Assembly (NCBI GenBank): GCA_963842855.1
Contig: CAWJHW010000002.1
Location: 203,187-267,186 of the forward strand
Length of the DNA: 64,000 bases
Source of the DNA: an uncultured Methylomirabilota bacterium
GTDB lineage: Bacteria > Methylomirabilota > Methylomirabilia > Methylomirabilales > 2-02-FULL-66-22
Direction of reading: 5' to 3'
The position numbers and the translations under genes were made by a program. Below the pieces are notes generated by a model. It ran no database searches. It saw only the letters and a list, made by a program, of their open reading frames with translations, and was not told the origin of the DNA. Below, piece after piece: positions 16,687 to 25,537 of the stretch. How positions within the stretch are numbered: position 1 is the stretch's first letter; the number at the start of each line of letters is the position of its first letter.

Positions 16687-19581
16687 ATGGAGAGGAAGCT
16701 GTCTCATATGAGAGAGTCCGCATCCCGAGCCGCCCTGCGCCTGGCTCTCCTGTTCGTCCTCATCTCGGGCCTGTGGGTTCTTTTTTCCGACCTGCTGGTC
16801 AGCTACCCCACCACCGATCCCGCCCTCCTCACGCGGATGCAAACCGTGAAGGGTGGAGCGTTCATCGCCGCCACGGGCGTCCTGCTGTTTCTCCTGTTTC
16901 GTCGGGAGCTCCGGAATCTCGAACGGCGCGATACGCAGATCCGTGACATCGAGCAACATCTGCGCCTGCAGAGCGCGGCGCTGGAATCGGCCGCGAATGC
17001 CGTCGTCATCACCGACCGGGAGGGCCGCATCACCTGGGTCAACCCGGCCTTCACCCGCCTGACCGGCTACACCGCCGCAGAGGCCATCGGCAAAAATCCC
17101 CGCCTCCTCAAGTCCGACAGGCACGATGCGGCCTTCTACCGGACGCTCTGGGAAACCATCCTCTGCGGCCGGGTGTGGCGCGGCGAGCTTGTCAATCGCC
17201 GGAAGGACGGATCGCTATACCTCGAGGAGCAAACCATCACGCCGGTGCTGGACGCGGGCGGGGCCATCAGCCACTTCATTGGCATCAAGCAGGACATCAG
17301 CGAGCGCAAGCAGGCCGAGGGGGCGCTGCGGGAAAGCGAGGAGAAATTCCGGAGCCTCGTCGAGAGCACCAGCGACTGGGTCTGGGAGATCGACGAGAGG
17401 AATCGGTACACCTACGTCAGCCCAAGGATCCGCGACATCCTGGGCTATGCACCCGAAGAAGTGCTGGGCAAGACCCCCTTCGACCTCATGCCCGCAGAGG
17501 AGGCCAGGCGGGCGGCCGAAGCCTTCGCCCCCATCACGGGCCAGATGCGGCCCTTCTTGCTCTTCGATAATGTGAACCTCCACAAGGATGGCCACCGGGT
17601 CGTTCTGGAGACCAGCGGGACGCCGATCTTCGACTCCCAGGGGGTGCTCCGTGGGTATCGCGGGATCGATCGGGATATCACCGAGCGCAAGCGGGCGGAG
17701 GAGGAGCTGCGGGCCCGCACCCAGCAGCTCGAAGCGGTCCGGGCCGTCAGCGCAGAGATCACCCACGAGTTGGATCTCAGGAATCTCCTCCAGCTCGTGG
17801 ACCGGCGCGCGGCGGAGTTGGTGGGGGCCGAGCGGGGGGCCATCCTCCTCTGGGACGAAGCACACCAGCGCCTGGTCCCCCAGGCCTGGCACGGGTACGG
17901 CCCCTGGGTGGGCGACGTCCGTCCCCGGCTGGGTGAAGGGGTGGCCGGCCTCGTCGGGGAGCGGCGGGAAGGGCTGATCGTCAACGATTACCGCAATTCC
18001 CCGCACGCCCACCCGCTCTTCCTGGAGCGTTCCCTGGATGCCGCCGTCCTGTGCGAGCCGCTGCTCTACCGGGATCGCCTCCTGGGGGTGATCCTCCTCG
18101 CCGGCTCGCCGAGCCATCGCCAGTTCTCCAGCGAGGACCAACAGTTGCTCCGCCTCTTCGCCGTCCAGGCAGCCATCGCCATCGAGAACGCTCGGCTGCA
18201 TTCTGCGGCCCTACGCCGCGGGGAGGAACTCGAGGCGCTCCTGCGGGCGACGCGCGCGGTCATGTCCGACCTGGATCTCCAGAGCATCCTGGAGCGGATC
18301 GTGGCCGAGGCCTCCCAGATGACCGGGACCCCGCACGTGACAGTCATGTTGGTGGACAGGGCGGCGAAGGTCCTCCGGGTGGCGGCGCTGATCGGCGACC
18401 CCGTGCCAACGGACTTTGCCATTCCCCTGGGGCAGGACCTGTCGGGCCTCGTGGCGGAGACCGGGCAGCCGTTTTTCAGCGCCGACTCGCCCAACGACCC
18501 CCGCAACCTACTCGCGGCGCGGGATAGGGAGCGCGGCTTTGTCACGTACCTCGGCCTCCCGATCAGGGTCCGGGACGAGGTGCTCGGGGTGCTCACCTTC
18601 GATACGACGACGCCCCGCCGCTACACCCCCGACGAGGTGGCCTACCTGGAGTCGTTCGCCGCCCAGGCCGCCATCGCCATGGAAAAGGCCCGGCTCTACC
18701 AGGAGATCCGCCGGCACGCCGCCACGCTGGAGCAGCGCGTCCGGGATCGCACCCGCGAATTCGAGGAGGCGCGCGCTCAAGCCGAGGGGGCCTCCCGCCA
18801 CAAGTCAGACCTCCTGGCCAACATGTCCCACGAATTGCGGACCCCGCTGAACTCGATCATCGGATTCTCGCAACTCCTCCGGGACCAATACGCGGGCCCC
18901 CTGAGCGAGAAGCAGGTCCGGTACCTCGGGCACATCCACTCCGCGGGCATGCATCTTTTCGAGCTCATCAGCGACATCCTGGACCTCGCCAAGGTGGAGG
19001 CGGGCAAACTCATCCCTCGGTGCGAGGCCTTGCCGGTTGCCGCCACCCTGGAGGACATCTGCGCCATCGCCGATGCGCTCGCCCGCGAAAAGAGCCAGAC
19101 GCTGGAATTCCAGGTTGCGCCCGCCCTTCCGCCCCTCCAAGCTGACCCCGTTCGCTTCAAGCAGATCTGCCTGAACCTGTTGAGCAACGCGGTCAAGTTC
19201 ACCCCGAACGGCGGGCGGATCACGCTCACGGCCCGCCGCGTGGCGCGGCAGTCAGGCGACCTGGCAACCAGGCAATCTGGAGCCTCCCCTGATCGCCCGA
19301 TTGCCCAGGTGCCTGAGTGCCAGGCGGGAGCGGAGTGGCTCGAGATCCGGGTGCAAGATACGGGAATCGGAATCAAGGCCGAGGACCTGCCTCGTCTCTT
19401 CCAGGAGTTCACCCAACTCGAGCAGGCGGCGACCAGAGAGCACAAAGGGACTGGCCTCGGTCTCGCCCTGACCAAGCGGCTGGTCGAGCTTCACGGGGGG
19501 CGGATCTGGGCCGAGTCCGAAGGGGAGAGCCGGGGGAGCGCTTTTATTGTTCTCCTGCCGTTCGAGGGGCCGGCCGCCTGA
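16687..19581 (+). CDS. multi-sensor histidine kinase (TM, PAS x2, GAF x2, HisKA, HATPase_c)
   Basis: H-box SHELRTPLNSI, N-box LLSNAVKFT, G1 DTGIGI, G2 GTGLGLAL; repeated PAS (DITERK) and GAF segments. Confidence 0.9.
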   Translation: MERKLSHMRESASRAALRLALLFVLISGLWVLFSDLLVSYPTTDPALLTRMQTVKGGAFIAATGVLLFLLFRRELRNLERRDTQIRDIEQHLRLQSAALESAANAVVITDREGRITWVNPAFTRLTGYTAAEAIGKNPRLLKSDRHDAAFYRTLWETILCGRVWRGELVNRRKDGSLYLEEQTITPVLDAGGAISHFIGIKQDISERKQAEGALRESEEKFRSLVESTSDWVWEIDERNRYTYVSPRIRDILGYAPEEVLGKTPFDLMPAEEARRAAEAFAPITGQMRPFLLFDNVNLHKDGHRVVLETSGTPIFDSQGVLRGYRGIDRDITERKRAEEELRARTQQLEAVRAVSAEITHELDLRNLLQLVDRRAAELVGAERGAILLWDEAHQRLVPQAWHGYGPWVGDVRPRLGEGVAGLVGERREGLIVNDYRNSPHAHPLFLERSLDAAVLCEPLLYRDRLLGVILLAGSPSHRQFSSEDQQLLRLFAVQAAIAIENARLHSAALRRGEELEALLRATRAVMSDLDLQSILERIVAEASQMTGTPHVTVMLVDRAAKVLRVAALIGDPVPTDFAIPLGQDLSGLVAETGQPFFSADSPNDPRNLLAARDRERGFVTYLGLPIRVRDEVLGVLTFDTTTPRRYTPDEVAYLESFAAQAAIAMEKARLYQEIRRHAATLEQRVRDRTREFEEARAQAEGASRHKSDLLANMSHELRTPLNSIIGFSQLLRDQYAGPLSEKQVRYLGHIHSAGMHLFELISDILDLAKVEAGKLIPRCEALPVAATLEDICAIADALAREKSQTLEFQVAPALPPLQADPVRFKQICLNLLSNAVKFTPNGGRITLTARRVARQSGDLATRQSGASPDRPIAQVPECQAGAEWLEIRVQDTGIGIKAEDLPRLFQEFTQLEQAATREHKGTGLGLALTKRLVELHGGRIWAESEGESRGSAFIVLLPFEGPAA
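19247..19324. repeat. GGCAA-type tandem-word hairpin inserted in frame inside the kinase HATPase_c domain
   Basis: Left arm ggcagtcaggcgacctggcaaccaggcaatctgg, loop agcctcccc, right arm tgatcgcccgattgcccaggtgcctgagtgccagg. Confidence 0.75.
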
Positions 19582-19612
19582 TTGCGGAATGCGAAGTGCG
19601 GAATGCGAAATG
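19582..19612. repeat. one-armed tandem-word element (GCGGAATG words)
   Basis: ttgcggaatgcgaagtgcggaatgcgaaatg, starting 1 nt after the kinase stop codon. Confidence 0.7.
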
Positions 19613-19648
19613 ATGGGAGAGCCAAGCTCCGGCTGAACTCAAGTCGGC

Positions 19649-19674
19649 CATCACCAATCGAAAATCGTCAATCC
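19649..19674. repeat. one-armed tandem-word element (CAATCn words)
   Basis: catcaccaatcgaaaatcgtcaatcc. Overlaps the rluD stop codon at 19668-19670. Confidence 0.6.
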
Positions 19675-20597
19675 GGTATCGGCCCCGAGAGGCCCAGGAA
19701 ATCCTCGGGGATGGGGGCCGAGAACTCGACCCAGGCGCCGGTCGTGGGGTGGTGGAACGCCAGGCGCCAGGCGTGGAGCATCTGGCGATCCGCGCGGGGT
19801 CCATCCGCTGCGGCGCGCCGCCGTTCCCGGCGCCCCCCATAGACCTGATCGCCGATCACCGGATGCCCGATGTGGGCGAGATGCACCCGGATCTGGTGCG
19901 TCCGCCCCGTCTCCAGGTCGAGGGCCAGCACGGTCATTCCCGGCAGCCGTCGGAGGACACGGAAGACGGTCCGCGCCTCGCGGCCGCCCCGGCCCCGGAC
20001 GCCCATCCGCTTCCGGTCGTCCTCCCGCCGGCCGATGGCCGCCTCGATCCGCCCCGAGTCTGGCCGGACCTCCCCGTGCACCAGCGCCAGGTACCGCTTC
20101 TTAACGACCCGCGCCTTGAACTGCCGGCTGAGCGACTGGTGGGCCGACTCCGTCTTGGCGACTACCAGGACGCCGGAAGTGTCGCGGTCTAGGCGGTGGA
20201 CGATCCCCGGGCGCTCCACGCCGCCGATGCCGGGGAGCGTCCCGCAGTGGGCGAGGAGGGCGTGCACCAAGGTGCCGGTGCTTCGTCCGGGGCCCGGATG
20301 GACGACCATCCCGGGTGGTTTGTTCAGGACGATGAGGTCGTCGTCCTCGCGCAGAATGTCGAGGGGGATCGGCTCTGGCGTAAGATCGAGGGGCGTCGCC
20401 GGCGGAACGTGAAGCTGGATCCTCTCACCGGGGCTCACCCGATGGCGCGGCTTCTGCGGGTGGCCGTCCACCCGCACGTGCCCACCCTCGATGAGCCGCT
20501 GCACCCGGGCCCGCGACAGGCCGCTCGCGCGAGCCAGATACGCGTCGAGCCGCTCGCCAGCCTGGGCCTGGGTTACGACGTACTCCCGGATATCCAT
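19668..20597 (-). CDS. rluD: 23S rRNA pseudouridine synthase, RluA/RluD family
   Basis: S4 domain (RLD..L), HRLDRDTSGVLVVAK catalytic motif, and KRY.ALV.G. Confidence 0.9.
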   Translation of the reverse strand: MDIREYVVTQAQAGERLDAYLARASGLSRARVQRLIEGGHVRVDGHPQKPRHRVSPGERIQLHVPPATPLDLTPEPIPLDILREDDDLIVLNKPPGMVVHPGPGRSTGTLVHALLAHCGTLPGIGGVERPGIVHRLDRDTSGVLVVAKTESAHQSLSRQFKARVVKKRYLALVHGEVRPDSGRIEAAIGRREDDRKRMGVRGRGGREARTVFRVLRRLPGMTVLALDLETGRTHQIRVHLAHIGHPVIGDQVYGGRRERRRAAADGPRADRQMLHAWRLAFHHPTTGAWVEFSAPIPEDFLGLSGPIPD

Positions 20598-20630
20598 CGT
20601 CGCCTGTCGGCCGGAGCGCGGATCACCCAA

Positions 20631-20722
20631 CCGTAAAACGTGAAACGTGAGAATGGAAGACCGGACCCGCCCCCTTCACGTTTCACCTTTCACCTTTCAC
20701 GTTTCACGTTTCACGTTTTCCG
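20631..20722. repeat. tandem-word hairpin element (GTGAAAC / GTTTCAC words)
   Basis: Left arm cgtaaaacgtgaaacgtgagaatgg, right arm ttcacgtttcacctttcacctttcacgtttcacgtttcacgttttccg. The right arm contains the lspA stop codon. Confidence 0.8.
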
Positions 20723-21187
20723 TTCGCGCCGCCAGTCCAGGAGCATGTCCAGGATCATGAGGCTCACGCCGACGGAGATGGCGGAATCCGCCACGTTGAA
20801 AGCGGGCCAGTGGTACGGGCCTGCGTGCAGGTCCAGGAAGTCCACCACCATCCCGTAGTACAGGCGGTCGATGAGGTTTCCGACGGCGCCGCCCAGGACG
20901 AGGCCGAGGGCAACCGAGACCAAGCGGTGCGACCGGAGGTAGCGCGTGTGATAGAACACGATCAGGACCACCGCAAGGATGGAGATGAGGATGAAGAGCG
21001 GGTTCCGCACCTCATCCGACAGGGTGGCCAGGAACCCGAAGGCCGCGCCCGGGTTCAGGACGAAGACGATGTCGAAGAACCCGGGGATGACCGGAATCCC
21101 CTGGCCCAGCCGGAGGGTCTGGATGATCACCAGCTTGGTCGCGCGATCCAGCAGGATGATCCCGAGGGCAATCAGGTAGAAACTCAT
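20711..21187 (-). CDS. lspA: lipoprotein signal peptidase II
   Basis: Four TM segments, NPGAAFG and GGAVGNLIDR...VVDF motifs. Lies downstream of ileS. Confidence 0.9.
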   Translation of the reverse strand: MSFYLIALGIILLDRATKLVIIQTLRLGQGIPVIPGFFDIVFVLNPGAAFGFLATLSDEVRNPLFILISILAVVLIVFYHTRYLRSHRLVSVALGLVLGGAVGNLIDRLYYGMVVDFLDLHAGPYHWPAFNVADSAISVGVSLMILDMLLDWRRERKT

Positions 21188-21211
21188 GACCCGGGTCGCC
21201 GATCACCCCAC

Positions 21212-21281
21212 ATTGGTCGTCGGGAATTGGTCATTGGCCATTGGTCATTAGCCATTGCCCTTCGGTCATTGGTCATTGCGT
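21212..21281. repeat. one-armed array of ten tandem heptamers (ATTGGTC words)
   Basis: attggtc gtcggga attggtc attggcc attggtc attagcc attgccc ttcggtc attggtc attgcgt. Spans the ileS stop codon to near the lspA start. Confidence 0.8.
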
Positions 21282-24086
21282 TTCCTGGAGGACGGCCACG
21301 CAGCGGTCGCACAGCTCCGGGTGCGTCGCCGAGGCCCCCACGCTCTCTCGATAGTTCCAGCAGCGCGGACACTTCACGCCCGGGGCTCGCTCCACCCGCA
21401 CCGCGATCGTCTGGCCCGCGGCAGGAACGTCGTAGCGCCGGACCGTCAGGCGCGACACGATGCAGATGGTCTCCAGGTCGTCCCGCCGTGCGGCCAGGAA
21501 GTCAAAATCCGCGGGGGGCACCCCGACCTCGACCGCCGCCTCCTGCGCGCTCCCGATCCGTTTCTCTTTCCGCGCCGTCTCCAGCGCCTTCAGCACCTCG
21601 TCCCGGACCGCCAGCAGTTTCTCCCACTCCTGCGCCAGCGTCTCGTCGGTGAGCTCGCCCCGCACGGCTGGAAACTCGGTGAGGTGGACGCTCGCCGGCT
21701 TGTCCGGCATGGGGAGGTACTGCCAGACCTCGTCCGCGGTGAAGGACAGGACGGGCGCCATGAGCTTCGTGAGGCCCACCAGAATCTCGTGCATGGCCGT
21801 CTGGGCCGAGCGGCGGAGGGGGGAGGCAGGCCCCGAGGTGTACACGCGGTCCTTCAGGACGTCCAGGTAGAAGGCGGAAAGGTCCACGGCGCAGAAGTTG
21901 TGCAGGCTGTGGTACAGGACGTGAAATTCGTAGTCCCGGTAGGCCGCCCGCACCCGCTCCGTCAGCCGCTGCAGGCGGTGCAGGATGAACCGGTCGATGG
22001 GCAGGAGCCGATCCACCGGCACCGCATCCCGGGCGGCATCGAAGTCGCACAGGTTGCCCAGCAGGTAGCGGCAGGTGTTCCGGATGCGGCGGTATCCCTC
22101 GGCGAGGCGCGTCAGGATCTCGTCCGACAGCCGGATGTCGTCCCGGTAATCTTCGGCCGCCACCCAGAGGCGCAGCACCTCGGCCCCGTACTTGCCGATG
22201 ACCTCCTGCGGGGCGATGACGTTTCCCAGGGACTTGGACATCTTGCGGCCCTCGCCGTCCACCACGAACCCGTGGGTGAGGACCGCGCGGTACGGCGCGC
22301 CGCCCTGGACCCCCACGGCCGCCAGCAGCGAGGAGTGGAACCAGCCGCGGTGCTGATCGCTGCCCTCCAGGTACATCTCGGCCGGCCAGCGCTGGTCGGG
22401 CCGAACGCGCAGCACGGCCGCCTGGCTCACCCCCGATTCGAACCAGACGTCGAGGATGTCCATCTCCTTGGTGAATTCCTCGCCCCCGCACTTCGCGCAC
22501 CGGGTCCCCGGCGGCAGGAGGTCCCGCGCGGGGCGCGCGAACCAGACGTCGGCCCCCTCGCGGTCCATGAGGGATGCCACGTGCTCGATCAGGTGGGGCT
22601 CGGCCAGGAGCGCCCCGCATCCCGCGCAGGAGAACACGGCGATGGGGGTGCCCCAGGTCCGCTGGCGCGAGATACACCAGTCCGGCCGGTTGGCGATCAT
22701 GTTGGAGATGCGCTCCTCCCCCCAGGGCGGGATCCACTGCACCTGGCGGATGGCGTCCAGCGTTCGCTGGCGCAGACCGCCCGCCTCCATGGAGATGAAC
22801 CACTGGTTGGTGGCCCGGAAGAGGATCGGGTTCTTGCACCGCCAGCAATGCGGGTAGGAATGTTGGTAATCCTCGGCGTGCAGCAGCCGGCCGTCCGCCC
22901 GCAGCCGCTCGATGATGGCGGCATTGGCGTCCCAGACGCTCATCCCGGCGAACTGTTCCACCTCGGGCACGAACCGGCCCATGTCGTCCACCGGGTTGTA
23001 GACCGGCAGCCCGTGCTTGATCCCGGTGTCGTAGTCGTCGGCGCCGTGCCCGGGGGCCGTGTGGACGCATCCCGTCCCCTGATCCATCGTCACGTACTCC
23101 GCCGTGAAGATGGGCGAGGGCCGGTCCAGCCACGGGTGGCGCGTTGCGAGGCCTGCCAGCTTGGCCCCCGGCGCGCGCAAGAGCACCTCCGGCTCCGGCA
23201 AACGGCACTTCCGGGCGGTCTCGTCCATGAGCTTTTCGGCCGTGATGAAGTGCCGTCCTCCGGAGCGGAAGACGACGTACTCCTCGGTCGGGTGGACCAC
23301 GATGGCCAGGTTCGCCGGCAAGGTCCACGGGGTGGTCGTCCAGATGATCACTGCAATCTGCGCGCCCCGCAGGGCGGGGTCCAGCGTCGCCGGATCCGAC
23401 GTCAGGGGGAAGGCCACGTAGACCGAGGGCGACGTGTGATCCTCATACTCGACCTCGGCTTCGGCCAGCGCCGTGAGGCACGAGGCGCACCAGTGGACCG
23501 GCTTCAGCCCGCGATACACGCCGCCCGTCGCGAAGAACTTCCCCAGCTCGCGCAGGATGTCGGCCTCGTAGCGGTACGCCATGGTGAGGTAGGGATGGTC
23601 CCAGTCCCCCAGGACGCCCAGGCGTTTGAACTCCTCCCGCTGGATGTCAATGAACTTCTGGGCGTAGGCCCGGCACATGCGGCGCTTCTCCAAGACGGGG
23701 ATCCGGGCCGCCTTCGACCCCAGCTCCTTGTCCACCTGGTGCTCGATGGGCAGCCCGTGGCAGTCCCAGCCCGGCACGTACACCGCGTCGAACCCGGACA
23801 TGGACCGCGATTTCACCACCATGTCCTTGAGGATCTTGTTCAGGGCGTGGCCCATGTGGATGTGGCCGTTGGCGTAGGGCGGCCCATCGTGCAGGATCCA
23901 CATCTCCCGGCCTGCCCGCGCCTCGCGGAGCCGCTGATACAGGCCCTCGGCCTCCCACCGGCGGAGGATCTCGGGCTCGCGCTCCGGGAGGTTGGCCCGC
24001 ATCGGGAAGTCGGTCCTGGGAAGATTCAGCGTGGTCTTGTAGTCCATCTCACCATCGGTCCTTCGGAAGAAGCCGGGAACCGCCAT
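21273..24086 (-). CDS. ileS: isoleucine--tRNA ligase
   Basis: 937 aa, HIGH-type motif ([11 protein letters not shown]), KMSKS, and C-terminal zinc-finger cysteines. Confidence 0.97.
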   Translation of the reverse strand: MAVPGFFRRTDGEMDYKTTLNLPRTDFPMRANLPEREPEILRRWEAEGLYQRLREARAGREMWILHDGPPYANGHIHMGHALNKILKDMVVKSRSMSGFDAVYVPGWDCHGLPIEHQVDKELGSKAARIPVLEKRRMCRAYAQKFIDIQREEFKRLGVLGDWDHPYLTMAYRYEADILRELGKFFATGGVYRGLKPVHWCASCLTALAEAEVEYEDHTSPSVYVAFPLTSDPATLDPALRGAQIAVIIWTTTPWTLPANLAIVVHPTEEYVVFRSGGRHFITAEKLMDETARKCRLPEPEVLLRAPGAKLAGLATRHPWLDRPSPIFTAEYVTMDQGTGCVHTAPGHGADDYDTGIKHGLPVYNPVDDMGRFVPEVEQFAGMSVWDANAAIIERLRADGRLLHAEDYQHSYPHCWRCKNPILFRATNQWFISMEAGGLRQRTLDAIRQVQWIPPWGEERISNMIANRPDWCISRQRTWGTPIAVFSCAGCGALLAEPHLIEHVASLMDREGADVWFARPARDLLPPGTRCAKCGGEEFTKEMDILDVWFESGVSQAAVLRVRPDQRWPAEMYLEGSDQHRGWFHSSLLAAVGVQGGAPYRAVLTHGFVVDGEGRKMSKSLGNVIAPQEVIGKYGAEVLRLWVAAEDYRDDIRLSDEILTRLAEGYRRIRNTCRYLLGNLCDFDAARDAVPVDRLLPIDRFILHRLQRLTERVRAAYRDYEFHVLYHSLHNFCAVDLSAFYLDVLKDRVYTSGPASPLRRSAQTAMHEILVGLTKLMAPVLSFTADEVWQYLPMPDKPASVHLTEFPAVRGELTDETLAQEWEKLLAVRDEVLKALETARKEKRIGSAQEAAVEVGVPPADFDFLAARRDDLETICIVSRLTVRRYDVPAAGQTIAVRVERAPGVKCPRCWNYRESVGASATHPELCDRCVAVLQETQ

Positions 24087-24165
24087 GACGCCAAGACCGC
24101 CAATGAGATCCCCTTCCTGGTTCAGTCACAGCGCCCATGGGGCACCAATCCGCCTGAGGCAGATG

Positions 24166-24200
24166 CCGTTGGCACCAACGTTGGTACCCTTGGTACCGGC
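24166..24200. repeat. palindromic word element (TTGGTACC / GGCACCAA)
   Basis: gccgttggcaccaacgttggtacccttggtaccggc with the perfect 10-bp palindrome ccaacgttgg. Lies in the ileS leader. Confidence 0.5.
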
Positions 24201-24204
24201 GGTT

Positions 24205-24229
24205 CAACAAAAAAGCCCCAGGCCGGGGC
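24205..24229 (-). terminator. terminator-like hairpin in the ileS upstream region
   Basis: The minus strand reads GCCCC-GGCCU-GGGGC followed by UUUUUUGUU. Confidence 0.45.
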
Positions 24230-24266
24230 GTTGTACGAGTCATTGCAGATACGGTCTGGAGCCGAA

Positions 24267-24295
24267 AACCTACCAGGGAATCCCACGCCTGTCAA
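24267..24295 (-). promoter_or_regulatory. putative promoter upstream of ileS
   Basis: Minus strand TTGACA (24295-24290), 17-nt spacer, TAGGTT (24272-24267). Confidence 0.35.
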
Positions 24296-24635
24296 CACGG
24301 GCAGGTCGCATGCGGGGACTGAGGATTGGTCGAACCCCCCGAGACCTCGACGCCCGCTCGGCGAAGCGAGCTAGTGTGCTGAGTCAAAAATCTGCGAACA
24401 AATCCAAGGCCTGCGGCGGCACCCCGAGCACGACCGGGCCCGCGGGCCAGCCGGCTTCGGGACGCCGTGGGGAAAATGGACACAGTTGCCTGCTAGCCCT
24501 GCATTCCACGGCGCGACGCGCCCCTCTGGGGCGGTGGCGCCGGAGCAAGGCTGGCCGGTTCTCGACGGAGCCCGGCGCCCGCAGGGGTGTCGCCCCAGGC
24601 CGCCGAATTATTAAGCGAACTTCCAATTCACCACA

Positions 24636-25517
24636 CTAGGTCGTCTGCACCATCACGACGCCCGTCAGGACCAGGACGCCGCCCAGGATCTGGATGGGAT
24701 TCAGGGTCTCCCCCAGAAGGAAGAAGGCCACTACAGCGGCCACCACGATCTCCAGCATGCTGATGATGCCAGCCTGCGTTGGCGGGAGGAACCGCAGTCC
24801 GCTGATGAACAGACCGAAGGGCACCACGGTGCCGATGGTCGCGATCGCCAGGAAGGCCCCCCAGGTCCCGAGGCTGAAACCGTGGGTGAGGAGTCGCCAT
24901 GGAGGCACTATCAGGGACCAGGCGAGGCCGGCAGAGAGATACGCGTACGTCAGGAGCGTCCAGGCGTCCAGTGTCCGGAGGGCCACCCGGCTCGCCAGGA
25001 TGTAAAACGCGAAGGCGCCAGCCCCGCCAAGACCTGCCGCCACACCCAGCAGATTCGGCCGCAGCACCTCGAAGTCATACGCCCGGACCACCAGGGCACA
25101 TCCCAGGAGCGCCAGGGTCATCGCCAGCACGATCCGCCCGCGAAGGGGCTGACGCTGCACCAGGACCGTGTACAGGGCGACCAGAATGGGTGCCTGGTAT
25201 TGGAGGAGAAGGGCCGTGGCCACGCTGGTCAAGTACAAGCACTGGAAGTAGAAGAAGTTGTTGATCGCAAGTCCAACTATCCCGACCGCTACAGCGATCC
25301 AGAGGTCTCGTCCCCCGATTCGTAAACGCGCGGGCCAGAGCAGGCCCAACACGGCGAACAACGTGAGGGTCGCCAGATCCGCCCGGACCACCACCAAGAG
25401 GAAAGGGTCCACGCCGCGATCGCGCAGAAGCATCTTCACCACCGTCGCCATGACGCCCCAGCAACAGGCGGCACTCACCACCATCGCATAGCCACGCCAT
25501 TGCCCGTGCTCGACCAC
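24636..25517 (-). CDS. EamA/DMT-family transporter
   Basis: Ten predicted TM segments in two EamA-like halves. Start is either GTG 25517 or ATG 25484. Confidence 0.8.
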   Translation of the reverse strand: MVEHGQWRGYAMVVSAACCWGVMATVVKMLLRDRGVDPFLLVVVRADLATLTLFAVLGLLWPARLRIGGRDLWIAVAVGIVGLAINNFFYFQCLYLTSVATALLLQYQAPILVALYTVLVQRQPLRGRIVLAMTLALLGCALVVRAYDFEVLRPNLLGVAAGLGGAGAFAFYILASRVALRTLDAWTLLTYAYLSAGLAWSLIVPPWRLLTHGFSLGTWGAFLAIATIGTVVPFGLFISGLRFLPPTQAGIISMLEIVVAAVVAFFLLGETLNPIQILGGVLVLTGVVMVQTT

Positions 25518-25537
25518 TCAATCCTCCTCGGCGTCGT

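Noticed and set aside
24166-24260. T-box leader for ileS (the GGTACC-containing palindrome resembles the T-box GGUGGUACC motif).
   Set aside because: There is no AANNNGGGUGGUACCGCG box, no recognisable Stem I or specifier loop, and the motif lies downstream of the terminator hairpin, not in its 5' shoulder.
21255-24374. 1039-aa ORF on the plus strand opposite ileS. Similar long antisense ORFs include 12559-14823(-) opposite uvrB, 42027-43946(-), 54102-55802(-), 60697-62472(+), 25820-27031(-) and 35147-36421(-).
   Set aside because: Their translations are Arg/Gly/Pro/Ala-rich with no motifs, and each lies opposite a gene with unambiguous family signatures. These are typical stop-codon-poor shadow frames of high-GC DNA.
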